Positions 12,801 to 25,859 of a stretch of 64,000 nucleotides of DNA are shown here, in pieces (positions within the stretch are counted from its first letter, which is position 1; every line of letters starts with the position of its first letter). The stretch is from Paraphysomonas bandaiensis (taxonomy: Eukaryota > Protista > Chrysophyceae). The notes under the pieces were generated by a model, which did no database searches, was not told where the DNA came from, and saw only the letters and a program-made list of their open reading frames with translations. The position numbers were made by a program, and so were the translations under genes. The stretch is taken from assembly GCA_965644295.1 (NCBI GenBank), contig CBFFRP010000141.1:1-64000 (forward strand). The letters run 5' to 3'.

Positions 12801-15800
12801 AACGCTGCATTTCAGATTCGATAACACCGAGCCAATCTTCAATATTTCCCTGTGCCTTTACAGGAGTGCTTAACTCCACTGTTTCCTTCGCTTGTCCAAT
12901 AGATGACTGGAACTGAATGATTTGAGATCTGTCTGATTTACTGTGAGTAACCCTGTCAATACTATCAAAAACCTTCTCATAATAAGGCTGCATTTGCTGG
13001 GGATCAGACCCTTGACTCAATATCAACAACAAAACTGGATTTGAAACAAAATAAAATCGAGGAAATTTTCCTCTCTTTTGTTCCAAATACCCTTCCAAGG
13101 ACTTCTGACATTTTTCAAGTTCACTATATAATGCCGGTAACGTTATACGAAGGAGTTCATTGCTGCAGCACTGAACTACCAACTTTGTTTCGGATGCACG
13201 GTGCATCAGCTTTTCCCAGTCTTTGTTAATCTTAGCAAATTTTTTGGCCTCGATTGGCATCTGTTTAGCAATATCCCCACCAAGAAATACACTCTCAAGA
13301 GAAGTCCACAACATTTGTACCTTTACCCACATTTCAAGAATGTCAGCAGTGTCAGATAGCTGAGTCAAAAAGCGCTGAACTTCATCCTTGAAGGGAGCTA
13401 CATGTCGAACACTCAAAAGAGTTTGCAATTGGAGTTGTGCTTCCTCGAGTTCCTCGATAACAAAACCAAAAGCTTTCAGAACAGGGACATCTCTGTTCTT
13501 CCATACAGCAAACTCGAAACAAGCACCTTGCCAATGCTCTTTCAGGTCAGAAACTTTTTTCTCGATTTGTAGCTGTTTGTCGGCACCATCACACACTTCT
13601 TCAACAGCATCTTTAATTTCTAAAATGGTTGACTGCCATACATGAGCGAGAGTAAACTCGGGGTCGGTATATGGAATTTTCTTTGGCATATATGAATTAA
13701 TCTCTTCCCAGTGGCGTGGCTTGATGGATGGCTTGCTCATTTCGGTCAAAAGAGGGGAAAGGGTTGCTAAGTCTGTGATCGTCGCTCTTACTTCGGTATA
13801 TGCAGGCCATTCGCGCAAGCGTTTAGGCAGTTTCTTACAGCGAGAATCATAACCATTGGCTGTATCTGCAATGACCGGTACGTTATCAGCTACCTCATCC
13901 CAGGGTATTTTCTTCCACGCATTCACACTTGTTGTAACATCAACATACAGTCCATATAGTTGATCGAGAAGCTGTATTTCTTTCCGTGTTTTCACAAGCT
14001 CGTTGAACCTCGTTGGACGCAAAGCAAAGAGCTCTTCACCAGCCCTATAGGTATCCATTTTACGTTCACGAACGCTTAATTCATCCTTAAACTTCTTAAG
14101 TCGCTCAACGCCGACAGAGGGATGTATATTGGGTTGCATTGGTCCGTTAGTCTCAAAATCCTTGCGCATCCCTCTAACATCGATTGCGAATTCGCGGATG
14201 TCCCATATTAGCTGTTTCTTGTACACACCCTGAATAGAACTTAAATTATCAGCCACGAACTCCGCATACTCAATTAACTTTCGCCACGATACTCTTACAG
14301 TTGACTTCTGCTCAATTTCTTCTTTGTCAACAACACCACCAGGAAGATAATGCTCCAGCATCTGATACATATCCAGAATTGGAGTGATCTCCATATCAAT
14401 AGATGATTCCTTTTCACGGACCTCTTTTAACACGTTCATCACATATCTTAATGAGTCCAAACTCTGCACATCAAGACTGAGTTTATTCGTGGTCACTCTC
14501 ATATACTCGAACAGGTTGTACATACTCTCTTTTGCCTGCAAATGAACTTTGTTGGAGTAGAGCACTTTCCATTGCCTTGACTCATTTCTCAGCTGTAACT
14601 TCAGATTAGATGTGTTGAGCATGAGCGCACCAATGCTGAAAACGGGTGCAATGTGTTCAATATCCTGTTCCACTGCCATGAACTTTTTGAGCTCCTCTTC
14701 GTAATCACTGATTGATGGCTTTCTAGATATGAACCGCTTGTACTCAATCTCTTTGTCCTCTTTCCACAGCCAATCATACTTGCTGAATGTGGACAAGTAG
14801 TCATGAACTTGGTTTTTTGTTCCGTGCATGGCACCGGTTAAAAGTAGAACAGTTTTAATGATTTCAATATCACAACCGAGATATGAGAAAAAAGATTTCC
14901 TTTTTTCTTCAGGCACTTGCTGTTGTCCCCACTGCCACATGGCCTTCGAGCACCCTAGTACTGCAACAGCAGCTCTATTTATGGCCTTCTGGATGTCATC
15001 CAGAGATGGACTTAAACGAACAGAGGGTGCTGACAACTGCACATCAACTTCAAAGAAAGGCTTCTGTACATTGAATATGCCCGTCCCTGTCCTGGAACAA
15101 GCGCGCTTTTTGATGTGGTCGAAAGACGTACGTGTGCAATTCAACAAGGCCTGATAGGTGAGGGAAATAAAGTGCTTCTCAACTTCTAATATTTCTTCTT
15201 GAGATACAGGAGCTACACTAGGATCGATGGGCAGGCTGCTTAGCAGAGTGAAAAGATCTTGGACAGCATTCTCTACCTCCAAGTCCTTGCTCACTAAATA
15301 TACGGAATTTTGTCGCACAGCCGTTTCCTGCATTTGAACGAACTCGTCGAGAGTAAGGCTCTTATCCTGAGGCAACTTCACTAAAATAGCCCGACTGATG
15401 GACTTTAGGTTCTTTTGAATTCGATTCTCAACAATATCATTAATTTTGGTAACCAAATCTTCCAGCTTCACGAGCCCTTCGTGAATGTGAGCTTTGTAGC
15501 TGTCTATGTTCATGGAGGTCCACGTAAGCGTAGTCATTCCAGGTCTTAGCTTAAGCTCAAGGGTTTGGAGGTGAGGCTCCAACATATTGCGGGTTACAGG
15601 AATGATTTTCATGATAATGCGCTCATACTCCGACAGAATGTACTTCAGGTCATGATAATAGTTCTTGAACTTATCTTCTTGAAGTAACACCATTTTTCCT
15701 CCCTCAGGAATATCCACATCAAGTTTGGCGAGACATTTGGCCTCCCGAATGAGTTGAAAGAGCTCCTGATCAAAGTTCACGTAAAGCTTCCCAGTGGTTG

Positions 15801-17861
15801 GGTGGCGTATGATCAACGTCGCATGCAGGCCAGCCTTCGCCTGCTCTATGCTCGAGCACCAGGCTTCGTACCATAAATATTCGAATGCAATAAGTGTTCG
15901 CGCAACTTTGTTGTATGTGCGTATGATTTTTTTAGATTCTTTTGGGGCAAGAACAGAAGGGCTACCCTGGAACTTTTTCATGGGATCTTCTATCTTACGC
16001 AACAAGTGTCGAGCCCATGCGATGTTCCCCGCAACTGGAGGCATGTTGCGTGGAATGGGAGGGTTGTGCTTCAGTTTTTCATATAGTTGTTCAACTCGGG
16101 TCAGCTCCAATCCGTAGTTATGAAAGATAACCGTGAGTTTCGAGTCTAAATCTTTACGTAGGTTTTCTCTATGAAGAATGGACTGATATTTCTTAAGGAG
16201 AGAAAGTGACTGCTCTATGCTACTAATATTTTCGAAAGAGCGATTTATGAAATGTTGCAGAGATGACTCTAGTTCGTTCATCTTCACGTTGAAGTCCACG
16301 TAATCTCTGTCAAATCGATTGCTGTGAAAATCAAGTAGATCATGTCCTTTCGAGCGGAATTGGCGCACTATCTCTGTAAAAGCCGTCAACAGAGGCTCCA
16401 ATCCTTCGAATTTCTGCTGCGCCAGGCTCTTGAATTGCTGCATCGTGGAAAACATATCCATAAGTTTAATGAGGCGGCGACAAAAAAGGTCAAACTTCCC
16501 GAAAATTTGCGTCTCCGAAAAGTCAAACTGACGGCCTTTAGGCATCATGATAAGTTTATCCTTGGTAATGCGATACTGGTCTTGGTACTCTTCATTTAGC
16601 TGAAGACAGTTTTCAATGACCTCTAGCACCAGAGCTAAGTCTCTGTCCCATAGACGATCTGGAGGGTCTTTAGCATTTATAGCGACTTTACATGTTGCAA
16701 TCATTTGGTTAGTAATCTTCATGAAGAGTTTGGTCATTCTTTCCGTTGTACTAAAGTACCTAGCAATTGTGTGTATCATTTTGATTGCATTCATCAATGC
16801 AGGTAGAGTATCAATGATAGCGGCTGGATTATTCCCATACAACGGATCAAAGAAGCGCTCCAAAGTTGATAGATATTTTACATTGTCCTTGGCTTCGTTT
16901 GCGGCCTCTGTGATATGAATGTCAATCTCTCGCCATTGGGCAAGCAGAGATGCCGCCCGCTGAACATCCACCATCGAACAAAGCCCAGAAGAGGTATCGC
17001 CAGCGCCACGAACAACATTAGCGAGCAAAGAGAGAACTGATTTCACGCCCTTGCTCTTGAGCTGCTCCGTGATAGATGTTAACCTAAGAATACCACATGA
17101 CGACACGTTCACTGATACAAAAGATTCATATCAACCCCATACCTCTGCATGCGGCTGCGCCAATACTCCAATTCAGTATCCGGGCCAGAGTCAGCTGTCT
17201 CCCAGCGATTCCTGTCGCTGTCCTCTAGATAATGTTCGATATTTCGGCACCAATCTTGCAGCAGATTAATACAACTCGTCACCAGAACTGCATCACTCAT
17301 GGCCTCGTTGCCCATCACTTCGATTTTGTCATCTGGTTTCCGAAGCTCTAACCCACCGCTTAAACTTCTGATGCTTTCCTGCAGTCCTTTACAGAATGAA
17401 TCGATTCCTAACAAAAACTCTTGCCGTTGCTCTTCAGAGGCTTGGCCCCAAGTATCCTTGCCAAGGTCTTGAATTAGCGGTCTGTATACGCAGCGCATTA
17501 CAGCCTCCAGAGATTCGATAGGGTTGCGAATGATGCCAAAACTTAAAGCCCCATCATTTGCTTTTGTGGGGTCTACTACAACGTGGTCGTCATTGTCCTT
17601 TCCGCGTTTGTTTTTAATGAAATATACACCCGCAGTCTTCAAGGTTTTAAAGTCCCTTGAATATACCGTTAACTTCTCGGATCCGCTAACGCCCTGTTCT
17701 ATTGTTATTAGTATCTTCGTCGGCCCATCGGCTGTAAAGAAATATTTAATATCGCTCAAAACTTCTGGAGACAGCATCATTCGCTCGATGTCGTTTTCGT
17801 CTCGCTCGAACCCCTCAGCAAGTCTGCTGATCATATAGCGATGTCGAGCTAATATGGACAT
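3826..17861 (-). CDS. Axonemal outer-arm dynein heavy chain, gamma/DNAH5-DNAH8-like, ~4,626 aa. Exons 17861-17143, 17083-4511, 4464-4188, 4137-3826
   Basis: N-terminal GPDTELEYW tail. P-loops GPAGTGKT (AAA1), GPAGAGKS, GSGGTAKT (GTAKT is typical of the gamma/DNAH5 class) and GVGGSGKQSL. Also WGCFDEFNRI, a coiled-coil stalk and C-terminal HWILRGVALLC. Three GT-AG introns (59, 46, 50 nt) join four ORFs in frame; 13,881 nt total. Confidence 0.95.
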
Positions 17862-18413
17862 CTTCAATAACTAACTAATACTTGATGAAGGCCCGTTTGC
17901 TCGATTGGTTACACAAAACCACCTTTAATGGAATATAAATACATTCATCTTGTACAGGGGCTGCATATATATGTCGTACATGTCTATGATGGTGTGTCTA
18001 TGCTGCTCTGTGCTCTGCTGCATCGCTCTTCAGTCCTCTGCTCTGATAGGGTGTCTCTGCAGCAGTACATACACACGGACCGTTTCGCTACTTGACAGGT
18101 TGTTTTTGTACCCGTATATTAATGTACCTCTGATACTGTACCCTACGATTATGGTATTGTACTGTCGCAGTACATCGCAACAACTGTATCTCTCTGTACA
18201 GTGCTGCATACCATATCCATACATAGGAACTGATGTTGGCTGAGTGTGATATTTTGGTGGAGGGATAATTTTCTGCTCACTTTCCAGCTCCCACTACGCG
18301 TACATACCTCGTATATGTACAGAGAGACGTACAGCAGGAATTCCTAGTTATCCACAAAACAACAACTGCATGGATGCAGGGAATATTCGTGCTCCATTAA
18401 ACCACGAAACACC

Positions 18414-19357
18414 ATGCTGCGTTATATTTCTTCTGGAAGAGTGATTAGAAAACGTTTTCTCTCGTCGTTACATCCGGCGGCAGCATCTGGGTTTTCGAAA
18501 GATAATGTCGCTCGCTACGAGGCAGCTAGGTAAAGGATGCAATTGCATGGTTCGCAGATAACAGGCGTTTCCTATATGATAGGCCGTCTTATACAGATGA
18601 AGTGTTGAATCTTCTAATGAATATTATCGTGCCTTCTGCGGAGGGAAATCAGTCGCCGAATAAGCCAGAGTACTCGTTGTGTGAATTGGGAGCAGGAACT
18701 GGAAAGTTTACGCACTCTTTCTTGGACTATGTCAGGAGGAATCGAAATATAGCATGCAAGTTTAACTACCTAGCCGTAGAGCCTTCTGACTTTGCACATC
18801 ACTTGGAGGGTCTATCAAGTTCTATCACAGTGAAGAGAGGATTCGGGGAGAATATTCCAACATCTGATGACTCTACTGACGCTGTTATGATAGCACAAGC
18901 CTTTCATTGGATGGCCAACGAATCATGCTTGAAAGAAATTCATCGCATTTTGAAACCGGGTTCTCCTCTTATTCTGGTGTGGAATGGCTACGACTCTGAT
19001 ATTGACTGGATTCGCAGATTCGAGTCTGATATCATAGTACCACATTACACCCCCGACGTACCTCGTTACCAGTCAATGGAATGGCGTCATGTATTTGAGA
19101 GCAATACAACCCGGTCGCTTTTCTCCCCTCTTCGAACTGAACACTTTGTCAATGCTACCGTGGGCCCGATTGAAATGGTGGTAGGTCGTGCACTCTCAAC
19201 AAGTGTAATTGCTTCTAAAAACGAGGACGAACGGCGAGCTATTGAAGAACAAGTATATGAGCTGCTTCGAACACATCCTGACACGAAACACATAGATAAG
19301 AATGGTCAATATAATCTCCAGTACCGTACATTAGTAGCCTATACTCGGGCATTGTAG
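18414..19357 (+). CDS. Class I SAM-dependent methyltransferase (Methyltransf_11-like), possible mitochondrial presequence. Exons 18414-18529, 18583-19357
   Basis: Exon 1 MLRYISSGRVIRKRFLSSLHPAAASGF..YEAAR joins PSY through a 53-nt GT-AG intron. Motifs ELGAGTGKFT, AVEP, AQAFHW and EIHRILKPG. Confidence 0.88.
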
Positions 19358-20557
19358 GGCATAGCTGCTCTAAACGATCCAATATATAAATTGGCAAGTA
19401 GGAACAACTTGAAGAGTAGTCTTAATAATTATAGTGACTGTGCAAGGGGAAAACACATGTGGAGTAGCGTTAAAACAATAAACATTTAACATACAAGTGC
19501 AATACGTAACTTCACTTTATTGTTTTTTTAAATCCTTAGGGTATATCATAAGCAAAAGTAATTTTCTTAATATATTCTTTGACATTTACGACGGTTAATA
19601 TAGCCTGTCAGAAGGAATCACTTCTTCGCATGTCTGTTCGTTGGTCATGAGTAAACAAGTCAATTACCAGGAGACCTAAGAGTATAGTTTCACTAGGTGT
19701 AGATAACCGTGAATAAGTTAATACTTAGCTTAATATTACTCTATATATGTTTAACAATGCATGTAACCATTACTTTTCTATCACTTCACTAATGCAATAA
19801 ATATAGTATAAGTCTTGATAACATATCCCCTACACTAGTACTATATTAATTATTACAAAAATGAACCTTATTCACCTTCACCCAATATGGCCAAATGTGA
19901 GCAATAATAGCTGCCGCTATTTACCTGCTAGAGATACATATATATGTGAGGCTAGGTAGAGAAGTAGAGAATATCTTGCAACTTACATTTTTACAGATTT
20001 TGTTTGCCAGCGATAATATATATATCAACGTCGCCAATACATCAAAGTACGCTACCAATTAGATCTTGTATAGCATTCAATTTGAATCTATTCAATACAT
20101 TACACATTAGTCTTGTTCACAGTTGTATCCTAACTGGTGAAGGACTCGCATTCATCTCTTCTTTTAGCGTGCTTGAGCGGATTAGCATTCACATCACATG
20201 CAGAATTCACTCAGATGCTGCATCCATATCTGCAAAATCGATAGCGTTCATTGGTGTTAAAAGTATGATGGATATCTAGATATTCTTCAACGCGTATCTT
20301 ATCGCTCATAGATACTCCCTGTATGCATCCCTCAACTGCTGGAGCTATGTATGAGGACCGTATGCTATGCATTTTATGCCGGCCGGTATGCCGGCCGGTA
20401 TGTGATATATGCTGTAGTACTCTGTATGTTGTGTGTATTCCGTATGGTATCCAATCTGAGTTCAGTGTACAGCATCGCGTATGTATGTATGTATATGCTT
20501 CTGTCACAGTGAGTGCTGTGTCTTCGGCAGAGTTCACGTCCTCAGACTGAGTCAGAT

Positions 20558-21827
20558 ATGAGTGGCTTATTTGGAATTGCGGATAGTGTGAAGCAGTTTT
20601 GCTGGAGGCACAGAGCTAAGTTGGGAGTGGGTATGGTGTGTGTGGCAGGAGGCGCTGCGCTGTATTATTACTACACAGGAAACGAATACAGTGAAAGTGA
20701 ATGTGATGGAAAGAGATCGAGAGATGATCCTCGAAGTGCGACCAGGTCTACAGAGACCTCGCGCATGTTGGTGGCAGCTGATGAACTCTATGGACTGGCT
20801 CTTGTTTACTTTGTGCCAAATATTAAATTGCGTGTGAAGGATTCTATAGATGTATCCGCAACCATTCGTCGATTAAAAGAACTGAAGAATGATCACTCAG
20901 ATGATACCCGCAGTATTAAGGTTAATCTATGGGACGATATCAAGCTCTCTGCCTTCAGCTCGTTTTTGACTACGGTGTACTCGCTAAGCATGGCATCTGT
21001 GTTACTGCGAGTGCAGATGTACATCCTGGTGCGTGATGCGACCGAAGTAGGAGATGGCGATCAGCCTGAAGAAGACATATTCAAAGCTCTCCTAGAGGGA
21101 ACTTATGGAACTTTCTTCAAAACGGGCATAGAGAGCTTAGCTGGTCTTGTTAAGGCCGTGGTTGAGGCCAAAATTAGAGAGTGGAGTGTCGAAAGAAAAT
21201 TAAAGGTGGACTTTGAGGAGGTATGCGACATAGTGCGGGACATGCGAGACAGTATAGAGGGAGACGTGCGAAACATAATTGCATTGCTTTTTTTGCGTAA
21301 GTACCACTGCTGCGTGATTATAATCGTGTAAGTGTGTTTCTTGAACAGCGGACATGGAATATCCTTTCAGTGACGCAGGAGCGCAATCTGTGGGAAGTCC
21401 TATGAAGGACAGCGATCATCAACAGAATAATTTCAATGGGTTCAAATCCGAGTCTGGTGTTGTGAGCGCTTTGTTTTCGCAAACCGGACAGGTCATGCAG
21501 TCTGTCATCTTTCGGACTGCAGTAGAGGAGTCTATAGAGATTACTTTCGGGGTAGCTTTGAATTTCCTCAGGGAATGTGCTTTTTCTTCACCAGAATGCC
21601 CCGGTTCTCTTCATACAATTCCTTTAGCGGGATTGCTCCCGAAGGTAAAAACTGTCACAGGACGTCTCATTCCTGAGAACATACACCAAGACCGCGCAGC
21701 TGTAGAGAGTATAAAGGAAGTAACTGCTGGTCCACGTGTTAGCGAACTCTGTCGTCGGGTCTATAGCTCTCCTGAAAGCTTGTGTGATCTCACTCCCTCC
21801 TCGTCTTATATGACTGAGAATTCTTGA
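20558..21827 (+). CDS. PEX3: Peroxisomal membrane biogenesis protein Pex3. Exons 20558-21296, 21349-21827
   Basis: Basic RHRAK followed by a hydrophobic anchor (GGAALYYYY). LWDDIKLSAF..VY...LLRVQMYIL and IPLAGLLPKV match Pex3 motifs. A 52-nt GT-AG intron restores the frame. Confidence 0.82.
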
Positions 21828-23465
21828 CTGTACTGCTATATCAGTACTGAAGGATCGCGTAGTTAGATAGTGGTCTCAGTAGTATACGAAGTGGGTTGTC
21901 TTTTCTCCATATTACTTGTAGAGTTCTTGAATGCGTGGTTGGTGTGTTGTGGATATTACCTTAGCAACAATTAGTCTACTCATATTTTAGAGTTATATAT
22001 TCCTTTTTCAGTGTGATACACGGACAGCACATATATTTCTTACTGTGACAACCTATTCGATTAGGGTTAGCGTAAGCGCTAATTAAGAAATCTCCGCAAA
22101 GAAGACTTCGAAAAATATATGTTACCATGAATAAAATACTTGTTACATTTGATTTAGGGTTGTATGCTCTCTCCTACACTCAGACAACTGGCTGACGCAT
22201 ACGGGCATAACATTTCCACTACACTAAACCTAAACGAGCAATACTTTCACACGTTGGATAAACAAATTGTTAAACTCCTCCTTCCCGTATACAATGCTGG
22301 ACTACGCATGCTCGCTCACGAATAGGGGACGGAGGCTCTCGTTCACAAATCAAACTCAAACGCTTCCGCACACATAGCGGCGACCATCAGCTTAACAAAA
22401 ACACTCACAACCACATTCCCAGTCACCACGTCACCGTCAATCACTAATTGCCGCCACGCGAACATCTCAGACGACGAAAGCGATATTCCATTAAGTGGAT
22501 CTACGAGAATATCTAAACTCCACCCCCTCCACACCACAACGGATGTCCTTCCCACTTCCCAAGGGCGGATCCCCCGACTACACATAGTGTATGAGATGTA
22601 CAAGCAGTCCCAGTGCTAGTAGTAGTGGAAAAATTAATGTTCAACAAGCAAACAGTAGCTAGAATACTTAACAGAGCTATACCTAACCACAATTGTAACA
22701 CCCCTAGCTACGACGATACAGTAATAATCAGATATTCAATAATATCGAGATAGTTAGTCGATATCGTCTATATCACGCCTAACTGCATTCTACACACTAT
22801 CACAAACACGATCGTACCGTACCACATCACATGTCGTGGCCACGTACTATCTATGGGTTCGAATGTGTTAGGTAGTTAACCATAAACACACATGCCGTCC
22901 ACAGCTTAAAGCAATCCATGTCCGACTAACTATAGCCGTGATTCGATGACGGAATCAAAATGTTACCCATAGGTGAAACACATTACAATCTCTCCACTGC
23001 TCCGCTCTCAATCCACAAGAGATATGCTGAGCCTATCCCTTAATGCTAGCTCACCTAATACCTCCACACATAAGCAACCACAGCTAATCGCTATAGCAAC
23101 AGATAGCCATTAAGATATGTGATCACACACACCACCTTTCCCGGCCTGTAAATGCTATAGGAATGGCCGCAGCGCAGTGCACACATAGAATCCGAGGATA
23201 GAATCCATGAGAGTGAGATGATGATGGTATCTGCACCTGTTGGTACCTGTGCTGCTGCTGTGAACTGCCGTTAACGGGACAGAGCGGAGTGCGTATAGTT
23301 ATACATGCAGATATGGTATACCGTATACAGTGTGTGTATACCTGGTATACGCACAGCACAGCAGAATATCATACGCCTGTACGTGTGTGTGAGGAGGATA
23401 TGTTGTTACAGCACGCACCCACTGCAAGAGATAAGAATAGCGGTTCCGTGCCACTTGTATCGACC

Positions 23466-25185
23466 ATGGGGGCACAAGATACTCTAGTTGTCATCGGTAT
23501 AGTGTTGGTGATCGTCCTGGTCGCAGTGTTGAGTGTTTATGTGGCTGCATATGCTGTTGATGCACATGACAGGGACCAGACACCGCTCATCACTCTGCTG
23601 TCGTTAGTGTCGCTACAGCTGAGTCTTATGACAGTAACAATGCTCCCTATAGATGTTTTAAATAATCGTGGTGACGTGGACTGTGATCATAGAGGTAACT
23701 CCAATGTTTGTGGTACTGTCGATATGCGGTCCATGTGGCTGTTTCTCTTCTGTGCTATGGCCGTGCTCTTGGTGCTCTTTATCCCCTTTTCAATGCAGTA
23801 TTTATATATTAAGCGTATAGACAGTGAGCCCGATGGAATATTTTGGAATGCTACATTGCGTACTGCTTGTATGGTTGTTTTATATCTTGTGGTCGTTCTA
23901 CTGGGATATTTTTATTGGTCTGATACTGTTGTGGAAGTCAAGGAATACAGTACAGATATAACTGAGCTCTCTGCGTTGACTCGTCCTGCTCTGACGGCTT
24001 CTAGTGAACCTGACCTATCTGCTCTATCCAAAGAGACGTATCATGGAACACGTGTCTCTAAAGAACAATTGGCCTTTCCTGTCGACTTTTCTGTGTACGT
24101 TGCTGGTATAGTAGGCTGGGTTTCGTGGTGGATATTCCTGGCTATATGCCCTGTAGGCATGGCGGCGCTTCCTATACATCTGGTATATGCGGCTCTTACA
24201 TCCCCTTTCCTTCGTACAGCAGCTCCTGAGAGCATAGTTCAACAGGAAGAGATTGTGCGATCTGGAGTATGTGCAGTTGTTGATGTTGCGACCGCTCTCA
24301 AAAAAGATAGACAATTGTTCGTTCGTAGTGGAGCTAGTGTCGTTGAGAAGCGTAGTCGAAAATGTGAGGATCGTGCTGTTATCAATAAGCTAAATTCCAT
24401 CACTGTACGTCTTGAGAATCAACATGCGTACTTAGAGGTAGTAAACTTCTCTATCGGACTTGTTGTATATAATTGTTGTATTTTAGAGATGCAAAGCGGC
24501 TTTTTACCGCACCGGTAATCCTTTGGAGCCTTATATCTATATTATTACCGGCACTATAGTGGGCCTGTTTTCTCTCCTTTGGTGGCTACAGATGATCTTG
24601 TTCGTGTTGCCTCATCCGCCACCAGTGTCCCCCCTCCTGAATCATCTTCTTGACCGGACAAGTAAATGGTTTCCCTTGCTGCCCATCGTACTTGTAGCTG
24701 TGCTGTCATGTTATCTCGTGATTTGTGCTGTTGTCGGGAGTATGGAGATTGGTTGCAAGGTTCAAAGCGAGTTTCTTCCTTTCCCTCGCTCTATTCGATT
24801 ATCACGCACTTCAACGCAAGACTTCCTCTACACGTGCTTCATATGTCTTGTCTGCGCTAACCCTGCAGTTATGCTTATACAACGGTGCCTTGCGTATTAT
24901 TCAAACTATTCAGATCTGGCCCTTCTGGCTGGAGTGGAGTTGCGCGGTCTTAGTTTCTTTGCTGCAACCTACACAACTGACACTTTCGTCTGGATGATGG
25001 TACTACTTTTCCCCCTTATCTTCGTACTGTTATGGGCAACTTACAAGAGCAGGCGCAGAGCGGTTTACTCAGATGATGATGATGTGGTTAATTTGAAGCA
25101 GCTCATTCAGAATAGATCCTATTCTGCCCCAGTAGATAGACGTCGTGGAATGTGGAGAAGATTTATAAATATGTTCAGTTTCTAG
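23466..25185 (+). CDS. LMBR1/LIMR-family multi-pass membrane protein. Exons 23466-24437, 24487-25185
   Basis: About 9 hydrophobic segments. Motifs LPIDV.N and G..ALPI, and a central cytosolic loop followed by NPLEP. A 49-nt phase-0 intron joins the two ORFs. Confidence 0.8.
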
Positions 25186-25441
25186 AATTTGTACAAATGT
25201 ATGTGATTTAAATTCATTGTGCAAATATGAATTTAATTAAGCTGTGAGCACGATTAGCAGTATTATTTGAAGATGTATGTTTATATATAAAGGAAAAGGT
25301 GAAATAAGTCACCAATTGCCTAAAGTATCATCTCGAAACGACGTCTCGTCGCTGATTTGAATTCTTATATAACACTAAAATTCAAATGCTTGTTAAGTAT
25401 TGAAAATCTACTTTCCTTGTAATTTTAACACTCACATATTA

Positions 25442-25859
25442 CGGAAATATTATTCAACCTAGTCACACTATTTTTGGTGGAATAACCTAGTCAAAGTAAT
25501 AAATGACTCAACCTAGTCAATTTTAATATTCAACCTCGCCGTCCTTATATCCATTGATTACACACTGTGACTGTGTAAGGTACCATCTCACACCATACAA
25601 TATATTAGTGGCTTATAGAGCATCGATGTCTTGTATGTGTACAATGGTTGAATTTTTATTAATTGATGGCTAGAGTATGTTCCCATGTTTGAGTGAAAAT
25701 TTTTATTTTTGACTAGGTGAATACCCTAAAACACCTAGTCAACCTACTAATCACCCTAGTCATTGTAAACTGAATTATTAAATGACTAGGTTTTTACACC
25801 AGTTTTGGTGTGACTAGGTTGTTCAGCCAATTTGACTAGAGGTTGAATAATAGATCCCT
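25442..25859. mobile_element. MITE-like DNA-transposon deletion derivative
   Basis: Inverted termini (tattattcaacctagtc ... gactagaggttgaataata) and multiple internal aacctagtc/gactagg motifs. Its two halves match, in reverse complement, the two ends of 42367-43800. Confidence 0.7.

Noticed and set aside
4584-17838. Many short ORFs overlapping the dynein gene
   Set aside because: Antisense or alternative-frame shadows of a long coding sequence.
19870-20309. Selenoprotein with CxxU (..YGCSI-TGA) divergent from PEX3
   Set aside because: No convincing Rdx-fold continuation or SECIS element downstream. It may be a small or decayed gene, but I could not build a consistent model.
22150-23150. C/A-rich stretch, possible LTR-retrotransposon remnant
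   Set aside because: No recognisable domain motif or termini.
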